From positions 56,978,001 through 57,042,000 of the forward strand of contig OZ365109.1 of assembly GCA_977030845.1 (NCBI GenBank): DNA of 64,000 bases. The letters are read 5' to 3'. This document shows, piece after piece, positions 62,203 through 64,000 of the stretch. Source of the stretch: Fimbriosthenelais zetlandica (taxonomy: Eukaryota). Each line of letters begins with the position of its first letter. The first letter of the stretch is position 1. A program made the position numbers and the translations under genes. Below the pieces are notes generated by a model, which saw only the letters and a program-made list of their open reading frames with translations, was not told the origin of the DNA and did not search any database.

Positions 62203-64000
62203 AGACTCTTTTGTGGTCATAGATAAGATGTCGATGCCTTTTGTTGTGCAGTGGGAAACGGAATCTGGAAATATGATAAGAAAGAAACACTTACATGCGG
62301 TAGTTGTGCGATAAAGTTTGAATGTGGGGTTCCCCTTGAGTGAGTGACAGCCGTGGAGGCAAAGATGACTAAGAAACTGGAATGGAAGAAATGCCCGGCT
62401 GGTAAATGAAAAGAGGGCATTTAAGTGCAAGCCATTAGACTGTGATTTGGATGGTAGACGGAACCATCAAAGTATGATCTAATATCTTCCTGTCCTCAAT
62501 TAGATCCCAATATTAAGTTTTCCATGTCTTTCACTAATCAATCCTGCATTAATTTAGGCTCAGAAACCAACGTTGCCTCATGTCACATTTCATATCAGTA
62601 GATCTGATATGGAAGACATGTGGATAACTCCTGATAACTGACTGAAGATTAATATATATAGGCCTACAGATTATATCATTAGGCTCAAGGGTACTAAAGT
62701 CATAAAGCAATCTTAAGGGAATTGTCCCTGATGAATTTCATTGATAATGTCCAATTGCGTCTTACAGTGATATTTATCATGCAGCTTCATACCCATGCAT
62801 AATTTTTGGTGCTGGATTTAAGTTTCTCTTACGTTCTTTCTCTAGAAGTCTTCTATGGAAAAGGCAATTGGAAGTGTGCTATGTTTTCTAATGATGACTC
62901 AAGGAATGCTCATGCTGCTGTAGACTTTGTCTTGCTCGATATGAAAGGCTATCGATAAGGTTGGATAAACATTGAGGTGGAAATCGAAACAATTGAACCT
63001 TCGGTAAATAAATCTTTGTAAGGCAGCAGCTAGAAGAGCAAACTGCTGACAGGGGAGGTGTGTGTGGGGCTACTATAGGCTGGCCTGGAGAATTCCGATC
63101 GTTTCCAACTTCACTGATCGAGAATATTGACTGAGTGCAGCTTTCCAATTATCTGTTTCTGATGTTTGAAATTGCCTTTATTGTCAGTGCGCGTGAGAGA
63201 TATTAGCAGGAGATGTGGGGTCTACACAACAGATCGGTGGCAAATATGGCCAGGCTAACCTCTTGGTAATATGGCCAAACACGACTGTATGATGTGGCGG
63301 GCCACTGCCAGTCTCCTCTCTGGATGTCCCATAATGCAACAGCCAGAGGATCAACATGCGCCCCACGATCCCCTCCCTCCTTGCCCAGTCACTGGCCGAG
63401 GCCGAATCATCAACGTTGTTATTCCTAGCTTTGCCGCATTGCCTGCGACTGTGTACATTTCCTGTGGTTGCTAGGCAACCTGCCAGCATGACCGTCAAAG
63501 TTTGACACGGGACATGTTCAATATTCGATATTGGCTCAGGCAGAGTGGAATAGTAGAATTTTGGTTTCATAAGACTTGAGTGAAAGCGATCGAAGCTGTA
63601 TGTTTGAGACCCCATCCCCTTCCCCAAAATGTAATGACATGTTGGTAAATAAAAATAAATATTTATTTTACAATTGTTATTCTAAGTCACGTACACAATC
63701 TTAGAAATGGCACGAAGTGTGAAAATTGTTCATTCCTTCCTGCCACTGAGAAGTTACAGCCAGCATGATTTATAAATTGCTGGTTTTTTCCCCATGTTTG
63801 CATTGGTATTCATTCAATAAGTTGTATATTGATATTCATCAATCGATAAACCTTTTATATCGCCCAAATGTTGCTGTTTTCATGAATGTAAACAAGATCA
63901 ATCATTCAACACATCCAAAGTATTGATTACAAAGTTAAGTCCGACAGCTTGTCTATCTCAAAATTATTTTGATTGGAATGTGACCGCATCCATGGATTGA

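Noticed and set aside
58669-64000. Further PKD1L1-like exons
   Set aside because: I found no open phase-1 exon with credible splice sites and REJ-like or low-complexity coding content; the ORFs at 61834-63627 show no recognisable motifs. A very short exon could have been missed.

Overview
This is AT-rich animal (probably invertebrate) genomic DNA. One large plus-strand gene dominates it: a polycystin-1-family gene whose REJ region most resembles PKD1L1. I reconstructed 26 GT-AG coding exons by hand (1607-58668, 5991 nt, about 1996 codons). They join in a single open frame with matching intron phases at every junction. The encoded protein reads WSC domain, about 15 PKD/Ig-like repeats, REJ domain, then a Ser/Thr/Gly/Pro-rich insert built from symmetric phase-1 exons. 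The gene is incomplete at both ends: the start codon exon lies upstream, and the rest of REJ, GAIN/GPS, PLAT and the TM channel region lie downstream. The introns hold a decayed, internally deleted non-LTR retrotransposon at the window start, a 238-bp MITE with a 5-bp TSD, a tRNA-Pro pseudogene, a 33-bp minisatellite, several promoter/enhancer-like motif clusters (the strongest is twin X-boxes plus four ETS sites near 62.1 kb) and many unclassifiable decayed fragments. Most entries in the ORF track are antisense shadows of exons or chance ORFs. I found no CRISPR array, rRNA or prokaryote-type system. All family assignments rest on motif recognition from memory, not on database searches.
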